A stretch of 64,000 nt of DNA. It comes from Camelus dromedarius (lineage: Eukaryota). The notes beneath the pieces were generated by a model. The model searched no databases. It saw only the letters and a program-made list of their open reading frames with translations, and had not been told where the DNA came from. Of the stretch, positions 23,730 to 35,708 are shown piece after piece (the first letter of the stretch is position 1; the number at the start of each line of letters is the position of its first letter). The translations under genes and the position numbers were made by a program. The stretch covers positions 37,512,001-37,576,000 of the forward strand of contig NC_087436.1 in assembly GCF_036321535.1 (NCBI RefSeq), written 5' to 3'.

Positions 23730-24375
23730 ATTCTTCCATTCAACAAATAGTAGATACTTGAGCAGCACCTGCTGAGGGCCAGGAATTTCCCTTGGGAGTT
23801 TATTTGGAGAAATTAAATAAGTAAGTAAGTAAGTCAGTAAACGGCATTGCCCTTGCTCAGAGGAAGTTGTTAGAAAGCAGTAGGACAACAAGGGTGCCGC
23901 TCTGCGGGGCACATAGAGACAACAGGGAATTAGTGGTCAGTTCTATCTGGAAATGGTTGTAGCCGTCAAAGGTTTCCAAGAGAAGATGACTTGTAAGTCA
24001 AGTCCTAGAAAATGAGTCCCCAGATAGAGAGGGGAGTAGGGTGCCAGTCCAGAGTGACAGCATCGAGACATGGAGCAGCACAATGCATTCTGGGAAGTGG
24101 GAACTGAAGCCAGCTCTGTAAATTCCTCAGTGCAGGACTCGGGTGTGAAGAACGGGAACAGAAATGTCAGCGGAGACAGGGAAGCATGCGGGACTGCAGA
24201 GAACCTCAGGGACCATTTTAAGGGATTTGGGTTTTATCCTTTAGGCATGTTTTACACATTTGAAACCCACTTCAGGAAGACTATTCCAGCAGCACTTTTA
24301 AGGGTGGTGAAAGAGTGGAAGTGAGAACACGTAAGGAGACCACTGCCGTGCTCCAGGGTGGAGTAAGCGAGGAAT
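23730..24375 (-). mobile_element. L2 LINE fragment
   Basis: ccattcaacaaatag...cttgagcagcacc...gggatttgggttttatcct...caggaagactattccagcagc. Confidence 0.75.
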
Positions 24376-24462
24376 ATAAGGGATCTTTATGGTTAGAGAA
24401 CTGAGCACATGTGTACTTTGCTTTGCTGAGTTGCAGTCTGACTATTTTTAATGTTTTTACAG

Positions 24463-24524
24463 GTGTGGTCTGGCTGGTGGCAGTCATCGTGGGTTCGCCC
24501 ATGTGGCACGTGCAGCGACTTGAG
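24463..24524 (+). CDS. QRFPR: QRFPR coding exon 3 (62 bp; TM4)
   Basis: Acceptor tgtttttacag|GT, donor GAG|gtagat. Translates (G)VVWLVAVIVGSPMWHVQRLE; phases 1 to 0 fit the neighbouring exons. Confidence 0.96.
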
Positions 24525-27500
24525 GTAGATTCGGGGCTGGGACTGGTAATTATACTCTTGAAATGCTCTCCCCCCAGCTTAATTATAGCTATTCTCCCTC
24601 CTGCAAGAGCATTGCAGCCAGTTTCTATGATCTCAGTTATTTCACTGGAGGTTTTTCAAGTGGAATAAATAACTTGCTTTAAGATTTTTTTTTCTGCTTT
24701 GCCTAGCTCTTCCTTGAGCTTATGTTGCTAAGACATTAATGCTTAAAATGGAATGTTCCAGGGTCACTTTCTACCTTTCCCCGCCAGCTGAACATGCCTT
24801 TCCTAGTGTTCTTCAGTGCCTTGTTATGTTTTAAAAGTTCGATGGTTGCCCTAGAGTTTTCTTTGAAGTCACATAATTTCGTAACCAACTATCTACTTAG
24901 TTGATTTGCCTTCATAAGCCCTTTCTCACCTGCCTGCTAGTCATTGACAAATTGAAATTTGAAGTGAAACATGTGAGCGCATCATCCCATCCCACTCTCC
25001 CCTTCATCAGCCTCCAGTGGTGATTCACAGTGAAGGAAGCACTGTGTTGGTTTTCGTGACCCACTGTCTCCATTAAAGCACAGTTAAACGCCTAGTGCAT
25101 GGGAGGTCCAGCACAGACAGTAGTCTTACCCTCTAAGGTGATTTTTAAAACTACATGTCTTTTGTACCTTTTTAAATTGACGTAGGCAAATGTGAAACTT
25201 TTCTGGGCGCTCGGTGCCCACCAGCAAGGATATCAGACAAGCTCTCAGGCAAGGGTATGTTTAGAAAGCAGCTTGATTTGAGTTTAGTGCAACTCATACA
25301 CTGAATAAGCTGGGCTCCACAGGTAAGAGCAGAGGTCTGTCTCTTGCCGCCTATAAGAACGCAATCTGACGACTTCCCAGTCCTCTGCTGAAGTGCCCTG
25401 GATGAAACCTTGAGTGGGCCCTATGCCTCTTCCAGTCAGTCAGATAATAAAATTCTTCTGGTCATTTTTGGCCACAAGAACAGTGACAAGACGAGTCATG
25501 GAACAGCATTAATTCCTTTATCAAAATGTGCAGTCCAGTGGCACAATCAATCATGAGAGTCCACATTCTCAATCAACTTAAAACATTTTCGTGTGAGCCA
25601 TTTTTCGGCTAGAATCCTAAAATATGGAGAAAGGATATGGTTCTCTTCTTCTCTGTTTCCTTAACCTTGAGTTCTCTTTCTCCCCCCATTCAGCTGGCCG
25701 CCTCTGGCTCCCTGGGAACTGGAGAGGAGAGGCGGGGGAGAGAAAGGGCAGCCGTCCTCTGGTAGCGATGCACTTTGCACGTGACTGTTCCCCATGATTC
25801 AGTCTTTCCTTCTTGGGTTTCTCACAATAACACCACTGAAGCTTCTGACTGCTACTCCCTTCTCTAGCCGGCTGCTCTCAAAGACCTTTCAGCTGCCACA
25901 CACAACGGCCCGTGGCCTGCCCCTTTCTGAGGCTGCCTTTACCCTTAGCAGGAAATCCATACCAATGGAGCCCTTTCATAAGTGACCCCACCCAATTCCC
26001 CTTGTGGGGTCCATTTCTGGCCCATAGAACACAAGGAGACTTGTCCATTTTTAAAATAGAATTATTTTATCATCTGCCCTAAATATATTTCATTTAACTC
26101 ATTCAGTTTATAGAAAATGCATATAATCTAATTGGCAAAGCCAGCCCTCTCTGGCAGACAGATCAGCCAAATCAGATTTTCTTCCTGTCCAGAAAAAGTA
26201 TGATTTCATTTCACAGATTAAATAAGTGTATTAATATGCATTCCCACTGCCACCTTCTCGCTCCTAAATTCTATTATTGGGGGTGTGAGCACGCACAGAG
26301 CCTTAATTCCTCAGCTGGATGCGTGAAGCGCCACCGACTCCACCATTTCCACCGATGTTCTCTATGCTTCGCTCTCGCTGGGCTCTCTCTCAGGAGGGAA
26401 GCATTCGATGACTTTCAGGGGATGGAAGCAATGAGGTGGCTAAGTTAAAGCCGTCATCACTTCTACCCCTTCACTGTATGGAAAATGCGAATTCACAACA
26501 TATCATTACCTGTCAAAACATCTTTGTTCTAATGCCAACCTTTACCCTGAATAGAAATACATTTAATACAGGGAAAAGCATAAAGCCTCTTCATGGATTA
26601 ATGGCGCCTCGATCAGAGTGGTTTCAGTGACCTCAGTAGTTTGAACCTCCTCTTTCCTTGGTGCCCCATAATGAGATGAGAGACATAAGGTGTGAAAATT
26701 GAACAAAAGGTGATTACGAAAGAGGAACTGAAAATGTAGACCCAGCATGACACTTCAACCTCAGGCATCCTTTTAGGCAGTGGAATTTTCAAGAAGTGTA
26801 TGTTTGGAAATAGAAGATCTGAAATTGATTCCCATGAACCCATCTGAGTGTGCCCTCAGAAGGTTCTTTGCTTGTCCCCATTGTGTACCCGCTTGGAGAC
26901 TGTCAGTCTAGCTTGTGCTGGAGGACGTGTCAGAACCGTGCCCACATCTTTGTTGGCCCTTGTGGGCTCTGCCTACATGGAGTCAGAATGAGTTTCACCT
27001 TCACATCCTCTTTCCAGGGAGTCTGGATCATAAAATTATTATTCAATAAGTGTTTTCATTCCTAGTTGTATTTGAAAAATAACACCTGGACTGAACTTGA
27101 ATTTTCACACTTTTGGTGAATGTACCAGAAAGCTTCTTTTCCCTCATTCAGTTGACTGTGAAGATTAGTGATAAAATTTGCTGGGAATGGAGGCAGAAAT
27201 ATGTCTGAAGGTTTTTAAGTATTCTTCAGCAGGAAAGCTGCAAAGTGACTCAGATGATAACAGTTTTGATAAATTCTCTAACTTTAATTCCTATTATTGA
27301 GATAAACTTTTGAATATACTCTAAGTGTTTAGTTTGTCTCTTATTCACATTTTTATTACTATTCATATTGTTATCAATAATTTTAAAAACTCATCAGATC
27401 AGTCTGTAAGAAATAGTATTAGTAAATAGAAATTGCCTTTCTGTAAAATATATATCTCAGAGGCTTATGATTGGATCTGCATATTTATAGAATGGTGATA

Positions 27501-28125
27501 GTTTGAATCCCAATTTCTTATTCATCTCAGAATCTAAAAGCTACCAGCTGCCTCTCTAAAATCTTTGAGAGTAGTGTGATTGTTGCAATCTGAAATAGCA
27601 GTAACCAAATACAGACCATCAGTACTTACTCAGTTGGAAAAAGTCTGATGTCTTGTCAAAATTTGTCTCTTCAACAGTTGAGGGAGCAAAATAATGTAAC
27701 ATTATTGTACATTAGTACAATTAATGTAACATTGTACATTAATGTAGCTGGCACGCAGTACAGAATTTTTTTTCATACATACATACTTTGGTCATTGTAG
27801 TGTTCTTTCATGCAGTTGAAAACTTACGACTATCAACCATCTTGTAAAAAGCTGAGAAAGATAAAAAAAAAAAAAAAAAAAAGAAGAGGCTATGGACCTC
27901 CATTACATTTAAAATGGAAAATGTGAAACTTAAGAATTTAAGCAGTGATGTGGAAAAACCATACTTCACAACAAAAGAAAATCAAAATATTATCTCGTCT
28001 GAAATATGTACACGTGATAAATATGTGAGGGTCTGAAAAATGCTGCATTGTAATACTACTTGGCTGCTTTGGGTTCTTTTGCTGCTAACTCTGGCTCTTC
28101 TAACTGAATTACACTTATTTTGAAG

Positions 28126-28361
28126 ATTAAGTATGACTTCTTATATGAAAAAGAACACGTCTGCTGCTTGGAAGAGTGGGCCAGCCCTGTGCACCAGAAA
28201 ATCTACACCACCTTCATCCTTGTCATCCTCTTCCTCCTGCCTCTTATGGTGATGCTTATCCTGTACAGTAAGATCGGTTATGAACTTTGGATAAAGAAAA
28301 GAGTAGGGGATGGCTCAGTGCTCCGAACTATTCATGGAAAAGAAATGTCAAAAATAGCCAG
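28126..28361 (+). CDS. QRFPR: QRFPR coding exon 4 (236 bp; ECL2, TM5, ICL3)
   Basis: Acceptor ttattttgaag|ATT, donor CCAG|gtccgt. Translates IKYDFLYEKEHVCCLEEWASPVHQKIYTTFILVILFLLPLMVMLILYSKIGYELWIKKRVGDGSVLRTIHGKEMSKIA(R). Confidence 0.97.
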
Positions 28362-28882
28362 GTCCGTTTAATGAAATATTCACCTCTGTTTAAAATATTT
28401 TTAATTAGTTGTGCTGGAAGGGACAGTTGCTTGCAATGTCAGAATTTCTGAGTAATGCAGTGGAAGCATCACTTGTAATTCATGCTTAGCACTTGAGCTG
28501 ACTTTGAAGTTTTGAGATTTTATGTATGGCAGGAAGAAAGAGCAAGGTCACCAGTTCCTAAATCAAAAGGGAAGCCACTGTTACAAATAAAAACTTATTT
28601 GGAATTTTAAAAATTGCCATATTTTCACCTCTGTGTCAATACAACATGGTAGGAATTGCTGTGGAGCTCTCCTCTCTCTTCCACTCACCAGCTACGTGAT
28701 GTCGATAAATCTGCTTACTTACTTCCTCCCATGTCCCCTGCTTTCTCATGTAGACCAGGAAGCAAAAAATATCCATCCTTACTTCCTCCCACCCAAGGAT
28801 GGTACTAAAAAACATGAGATGATATGTAGGAAACTCCTTTGGAAATGAGAGAGTATGTTATTTATTTTAAATTATTATTATT

Positions 28883-28911
28883 ATATATATGTATGTGTAT
28901 ATATATATATA
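28883..28911. repeat. (TA)n/(TG) microsatellite
   Basis: atatatatgtatgtgtatatatatatat. Confidence 0.8.
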
Positions 28912-29454
28912 AATCTAAGGCTTTATTTTCTGATCATATTGATTAATAGAAATTTTTAAACGCAATTTAAAAATCCTAAAATTTACTTCTATGATATCTG
29001 TCGGCTTTATGGTTTATTTTATCATCTACACTGAATGGCTATTAAAAATGAACAAAATCTTGCAAGGAGTTCTAGTGGTTTGATGAAATTCACCATTTCT
29101 TCAGGTGTGCGGCGGCCTCTAGTGCCCAGTTTATATAAAGCGCTCCTCTCTCGATGCGCAGGGTGCTGGACTCTTCAGCACTTGGGACTTCTTGCTGATT
29201 TAGTGCTCCCTCTTCCTCGGAACTACCATGGACTACCATGTAGAGATAATAAATAACAAGTATGACTATAAACTTGGAAATGGGTCTCTTGCAGACATTA
29301 ATCTCTATTACAGGACTAATGGAGAAAACTAGTTTGGATCCCTGGTTAATCATAGGAATTAACTATATAGTGGAGGGTTTCATTTTAATTCTATCCTAAG
29401 GGCGTCCCATATTTTTCTAACATAAGCATGAGTCCTGTTCAATATAAAAGGAAT

Positions 29455-29665
29455 AAGAGCTTGGGCACTGAAGTTAGACTGCTGAAGTTTAAATACAAAC
29501 TAGCCTTTCTAGTTTAAATCCTCTTCTAGCCATCTGACTTTGTGAGTCACTTGACCTTCTCTGTGCCCCAGTTTCTGCGTCTGTCAAATGGCTTGTTGGG
29601 AAGACTAATGACATGGTCCATGCCAAGCATCTAGTATAGTCCTAGACTTGTAATGAGCATGTATC
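29455..29665 (+). mobile_element. MIR SINE
   Basis: aagagcttgggcactgaagttagactg...gtcacttgaccttctctgtgccccagtttctgcgtctgtcaaatgg. Confidence 0.8.
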
Positions 29666-29877
29666 TTACGGATGTTCATAATATGAAAAATACAGGAATG
29701 AAAGTAATAGCAATGGGAGAAGATGAGAGACCACTCACAATGAACCTATTGTGAGCTTCATTAATATTTGAAAAATTATCATCGAGAAGTCTCAAACTGT
29801 ATTTTATAGCTTTGCTTTCAACTTGACCCATCTGCCAAGGAGAAGTTAACCAACACAGTGTATCCTTGTGGGTCCAG

Positions 29878-29975
29878 GAAGAAGAAGCGAGCTGTTGTTA
29901 TGATGGTGACCGTGGTGGCTCTCTTTGCTGTGTGCTGGGCACCTTTCCATGTGGTTCACATGATGATTGAATACA
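29878..29975 (+). CDS. QRFPR: QRFPR coding exon 5 (98 bp; TM6 with CWxP)
   Basis: Acceptor gggtccag|G, donor TACA|gtgagt. Translates (R)KKKRAVVMMVTVVALFAVCWAPFHVVHMMIEY(S). Confidence 0.97.
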
Positions 29976-30735
29976 GTGAGTGCTTGTCATTCTCATTTGA
30001 TGGAAATTCTAGTTTGTTTCCTGCTAGAACAGGCAGTGAATCATTAATATTTGTTGCCATTCACTTGGGTAATCAAATATCAGACATTGAATAGGTTTCG
30101 TTCGTGTTTTCAAGATTCCCAGATCATTATGCAGTATAGAATTACGGATGCATATGACCAAAGCTTTAATAATTACAAAAAATAAAGCAAAGCTATTTTA
30201 CAAAAACGCAAAGAAAATAAAGAAATTCTTCTCTCACGCTAGGCTTTCTGTTTTCCCTAAGCCATTGGGAAAGGTGTGACATCCTATAAGTGCTCTCTAT
30301 TTAGAACCTCACTTGAACCACGTGAATTTAATAAAACCCAGGATTTCAGCTAGACCCTTAATGTATTCTCTCCGATAATCTGAGACTTAACATGGTTCTC
30401 GGGTGATTGTGTTTCTATAACCCAGTGGATATTTGAAGGGTAACTGCTGCTTCCAGATGAAGCTTGAAATCAAGTTGAAATGCAATAAATCCTCTAATAT
30501 GTGCTGGGCACTGGGCTGTGCGTGTAATCCTAGACTCTCTAAGAGTGAAGACTCATCACAAAGGTGTTTTTCTTCAGACATCAGATGGCTCACTCCAAAA
30601 TGGTCTGGAGAATTTTTCACACTTATAACCACTTGTAAAAGTGTACATGTTTGGTAAAGACAGAAGATAAACAGAAACATTATTTTATGGTCATTAAAAC
30701 AAATATGCGTTCTAAAGTATTACATTTTATTACAG

Positions 30736-31136
30736 GCAATTTTGAAAAGGAGTATGACGACGTCACCATCAAGATAATTTTTGCGATAGTGCAGATAATT
30801 GGGTTTTCCAATTCCATCTGTAATCCAATTGTTTATGCCTTTATGAATGAAAACTTCAAAAAGAATTTTTTATCTGCAGTTTGCTATTGCTTAGTGAAGG
30901 AAACCTTCTCTCCAGCACGAAGGCATGGAAATTCAGGAATCACTATGATGCAAAAGAAAGCAAAGTTTCCCCGGAAAGAGAACTTAGTTGAGGAGACCAA
31001 AGGAGAAGCGTTCAGTGATGGCAACATTGAAGTCAAGTTGTGTGAACAACCCGAGGAGAAAAAACATCTCAAAAGCCATCTTGCGCTCTTCAATTCTGAA
31101 CTTTCTGAGAATTCTGCTTTAGGCAGTGGGCATTGA
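30736..31136 (+). CDS. QRFPR: QRFPR terminal coding exon 6 (401 bp; TM7 NPxxY, helix 8, C-tail, stop)
   Basis: Acceptor ttttattacag|GC. Translates (S)NFEKEYDDVTIKIIFAIVQIIGFSNSICNPIVYAFMNENFKKNF...ENSALGSGH, with TGA at 31134-31136. Confidence 0.97.
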
Positions 31137-31362
31137 TTACAGCAATGTCTTTATAATGGATGCCATTCATAGCTTTATCTGAAGAGAAAAGTATTTGAGC
31201 AAAGGTCAAAGATTTGTTCTTTATTCTTTGAATGATGAAAAGAAGGAAATTTTGTCATTTTTCATAAAAATATGACATTATACATGAAACACAATTTTGG
31301 AAAATTAGTATACCATCCTTGTAGATTATAAAAGTGGATTCAAAAAAAAAATCTTGTACAGA

Positions 31363-31368
31363 AATAAA
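31363..31368 (+). terminator. Candidate proximal polyadenylation signal of QRFPR
   Basis: First AATAAA I found after the stop codon, followed by GT/T-rich sequence (tgttgtgtcttttttttt, ~31405-31422). Further AATAAA at 31972 and 32839. Confidence 0.45.
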
Positions 31369-33509
31369 TGTCCTTGCCTAGCAGTTTTCCCCTCACGCAG
31401 TCAATGTTGTGTCTTTTTTTTTATTGCTAAATTGGATGAGAAGAATAGCAATGATATCTTTTTTTCTTTCGTAAGTTTAATAGTGGAACACTATAATGTA
31501 ATTTTTAGTGCACCACTGAAGCTTGGTGATGCAGTCTTTTGCGAATGAGGTCTAGTTAGTAATCATAAAGTTGAAGTAGATAGAGAAGCAGTGAAATAAC
31601 AGATGGGTGAGATTTAGAGGCAGATGCAGCTTCTTAGAGTCCTACCAAGTTGCCATTGCTGCGATGACCGGCATGTCCCTTAACCTCCTGAAGCCTCTCT
31701 TCCAAAACTAGGATGTTACCTCCTCTACATCACTGAATTGTGGCTGGAGCAACATGAGACAAGAGCATTAAAGCACCTGGTACTCCACAGCTCCCCAAGT
31801 TCTGGAGCATTATTGCAGCTCTTCGTGCCCCTGGCCCCCTCTTTCTGTCCCCTTTTCCTTCCTGAGACTCGCCCTCAACCCAGTCCAACTTTTCACTTGT
31901 GCCTATTTTATAACTAGTTTCTCTACTCAAAAGAAGAATGTTTCTGAGCTCCTCATTTATAAGTTGACCATAATAAATTGAGGCCAATCTAACTATATCA
32001 AATATTACTATTTTTAAACTTTTTACAAATTTTTCATGAGAGGGATGAAAGATGTTTTGTCATGTGAAAGGGCTTTTAGGTGTAGTTAGTGGATGGGAGA
32101 GAGAATCAATGCCAAGCCCGTGAAATTTTACTGTGCTTAAGACTGACCCCCAAGAAAGCTGGGTTGGAAGAACAAGAGTTTCCCACCCATGTTCATACCT
32201 AATTCTCCCTCAAACTGAACTCCTCCCTTCAGTCTTTTCCTGTTCCTCCCAAGTGTCATGGGTCCAGTGGCCACCCTCATGGTGCCCTGTTGCTTCCCCT
32301 TCAATATCTACGACTCCCGAAGTCCGGTTGTCACAGCCTCATGGCCAAAGTGTTTCTTCTGCCTCCAGTTTTCCAGCCCTTGTTCTTCCAGCCAGGTACT
32401 CGAAAGGAAGAGAAGCACAAGAGTTCTCAGGGAATTTCACCTGTAAAGCTTTCAGGCTTGGGAACCAGAGAACTCAGGCCGTTGGGATCTCAAGATACAG
32501 ACGTTTAATTTTATATGTGTGTTCATGTAAGCATAGATTTAAAAAAATGAAACAGTCTGTGGTATTAGGAAAAAATGTCACTATGACAACCAGAAATTAA
32601 CAAAGTCAAGAGAGGAAAACTGATGATTTGGTTTGTGTCAAATTGGACTCATCACGGGTTATTTACATACGTTGTCCTCTTGTTGTGCTGAACTACCCTG
32701 CAGCAAAACGATGATTATCATTATATCATTAAACCTTTAAAAACGAATCGGATTCACCGATTTTGATTATCCTCATTTAATCAGCAAATATCCATATGAC
32801 TCTTTTTCAATTTTATGTAAACATGCTCCAAATTTGACAATAAAAAACGGATAAATCAACACTATTACTGACCATTTAATTATTAAAGTTTAAAAAAATT
32901 CTTAAACATTGCAGAACTCAATCTAAAACATATATATATTAGATAATAATTTTAAAATTTATTGTAAAATTTTTAGACAGCCTGTGAAAACTCTTTTCTT
33001 TTTTTCTTTTTTTGGTTTCCATTGCATTAATGCTGTTTCAGAAACAAAAATAGTTAAAACACACTTTCTTTTGTTCTTTAAAAATATACAATTCTTTTGC
33101 TCTGTTATAAAACTTTGGAAGATAAATATGGTTTAATCCATTACTGAGAAACTCCTACTATTAGCCAAAGGAACTCTGAGTCCAGTTTGGACGCCAAGTC
33201 CTGATGATGGTGTGCACAGTTTATGAAGTCCACCGAGAGCTCACCTTGGATTTGCCAAAGGAGCCCTGGTTATGGCCTTTCTTTCTCTTTTCCCTGACTT
33301 CACAGTCCCGAGTCTCTTAAACCCGTTCATCCTCCACCCAGGGATCTGCTCGTTCCCCCTTTTTCCCTCTGCCCTAGGCTGTCACTCATTTTACTCCATC
33401 TGGTTTTCCCATAGAAGAAAATATTTATACCCAGGATTATGCAAGGTAAAGAGAGACACTAAAAGGAGGAAACTTAAAAGGAAGAAATGATAAAATGAAT
33501 TCCACCAAA

Positions 33510-33998
33510 GAAAAAAAAAGACTTCTGCATAAATGTTCACAACAGCTTAACTCAAAGTAACCAAAAACCGGAAACAACCCAAGTGTTTATCAACTAGCGA
33601 ATGAGTAAACAAACTGTAGTAAAGCTGTCCAATTGACTATAACTCAGCAAGAAAAAGAAATGAACTATTAATACGTGCAACAACAAGAATCAATTTCAAA
33701 AATATGCTGGGTGAAAGAAGCCACGCCAAAAAGAACATATACCCTATGATTCCATTTATAAGAAATGCCAGAAAAGACAAAACCAAAGGGATAGAAAATA
33801 AGCAAGTGGTTGCTAGGGACTAGCTAAATTTAGGCAATTGAATACAAGAGGCATGAGAGACTTTTTTGATGATAGAAATGTTTCATTTCTTGATTCTGGT
33901 CATGGTTACTTGACTTTATACATTTGCCAAAGTTTGCTGAATTGTATACTTTAAAAGGATGAATTCATTGTATGAAAATTATACTTCAATTAAAAAAA
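33510..33998 (+). mobile_element. L1MC/L1ME-type 3' end
   Basis: aaccggaaacaacccaagtgt...aagaaatgaactattaatacgtgcaacaac...tatgattccatttata...ttgtatgaaaattatacttcaattaaaaaaa. Confidence 0.9.
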
Positions 33999-34029
33999 CA
34001 CCCAAGGGAATTTCATTTTGCGATATAGA

Positions 34030-35495
34030 AATGCCTGGTCCTTATATTGGTTCCTTGACTTGTAGCATAAGATCCATTATAGTAAGAAAAGCCTATGGAA
34101 GCTTTTGAGACCCCTCCACTCCATCCTAGTAGCCAAGAGAATAAATCAAAAACAATATTGCTTCCCAAGGTGAACATCAAAGATCAGTGCCACTCTCAAA
34201 GATTTAAATGACGCAGCATAGATACCCATCATATATATCCCCATTTAATTCACCAGTCAGACCCCTGCAGAATCGAGATGGATCATAGTGAATGACAGTG
34301 GGCTGGCACAGACTTAGGTCATCTCCAAGTGCTGCTGCTGCGCGGGATGTGGTACCTTTGCTAGAGCAGATTGTCATAGCCTCCGGTATGTCGCATGCAC
34401 TATGCGGCAAGCAAATGCATTGTTTTCAGTGACCGCTTAAAAGGAGAATCAGCAACAGTTTACATTCACATGAGAAAGACAGCAGGATACATCCCACTGT
34501 TTTAACCAAGATTATGTTAATTTGCCTGTTACTTCACCATGTAGTCCAAAGGAACATAAACAATCTGGAGAGTTCACAGCAGAACATTTTGGTCCACTAT
34601 ATTTATCACACTATGTTACTTAGATCCGATAAGCAAAAAAAAAACACAAAATGTCAAGGACTCTGCTTCCGTAATCACATGTGCTCCAGAGGATGAGAAA
34701 CAAGAGAGAGAAAACTTAAAATGACTTAGAGGCTGCTACATTGGGGAAGGTTTTAGGAATTTTTAAGTTCTGGAAATTTGGGGACGTAGCTTACAAAGTA
34801 CTTTATGGGTTTTTGTACCTTGAACCTCCTGCCACTAACGAAGAGCTACGATACTTGGTGAACCTCTTCGGGTCTGGGAAGCATGATAGTCTCTTCTAGT
34901 GAATACTGTTTTGACCCATTTACCGGCAAAATGGTAAGCTGTTTGAGTGAGGCCCCAGGACAAGAAGGGGCTCTGCAGCCTGTCTACGCTACAGACAAGC
35001 AGATCTGTCACTTGGATCATATAACCTAGAAGATACAATAGTCTAGGTTGCAGTATGAGAGAGTCTATCACCTAGATCGTAGGCCCCATAAAATCCTCTA
35101 GTACTAGAAGTATCTGTGTGAGATAAAGATGTCATGTGAAGCCGCTGGCAAATTGCAATTAAAGAGTTGCTGGAGCAAGCCCACGTCATCTGCAGCAAAG
35201 AACTATTTATTCACCATCAAAATGTAGCTCCAGGCATGCTACTGGGTCCTAGGAGAGACTGAGTGCCATACTATCCAGTGACCATGTGGCCAAAACTGTC
35301 TATCGCGAGCTGAGCACTGTCACATCCCCCAAGTCACAGGTTGGGCATTTCCAGAAACAATTCATAGTAAAATGAAAGGAGTAAACCCAAGACCAGTTTA
35401 GAGCACATCCAGAGAGCACAGATAAGCTGCACAAACAGGTGGAACATTTTTTCATATCACTCACTAATCTTGCACCAAAGTTTCTTCCTTGATTC
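34030..35495 (+). mobile_element. ERVL-class endogenous retrovirus internal region (degenerate pol/RT)
   Basis: Decayed ERVL RT motifs: NQKQY, ISATLKDL, SPFNSPV, AAAARDVVPLLEQI, ANALFS, NQQQFTFT, and QNILVHYIYHTML (eroded YIDD). Many stops and frameshifts. Confidence 0.9.
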
Positions 35496-35499
35496 ACAT

Positions 35500-35708
35500 C
35501 CATGGTCTCATGTTTAGATTATCAGTTACTGAGAGAGGTATATTAAAATCTTCCACTACAGTTCTGTGTTTGTCTACTTCCTCTTTTACATCAGCCAGCT
35601 TTTGCTCATGTGCTAAGGCTACGCTGTTACATACAAGCAAATTTAGGATTTTTGTCTTTGTGATTGGCCATTTTATCATTATGAAATGTTCCTTTCTATC
35701 TCCAGTAG
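35500..35708 (-). mobile_element. L1 ORF2 endonuclease fragment
   Basis: Minus ORF 35494-35679 reads ...EVDKHRTVVEDFNIPLSVTD, matching the L1 EN IVGDFNTPLS motif. Confidence 0.8.

Noticed and set aside
32133..32600. 155-aa ORF after QRFPR
   Set aside because: GTG start, S/P-rich low-information sequence with no recognisable homology.
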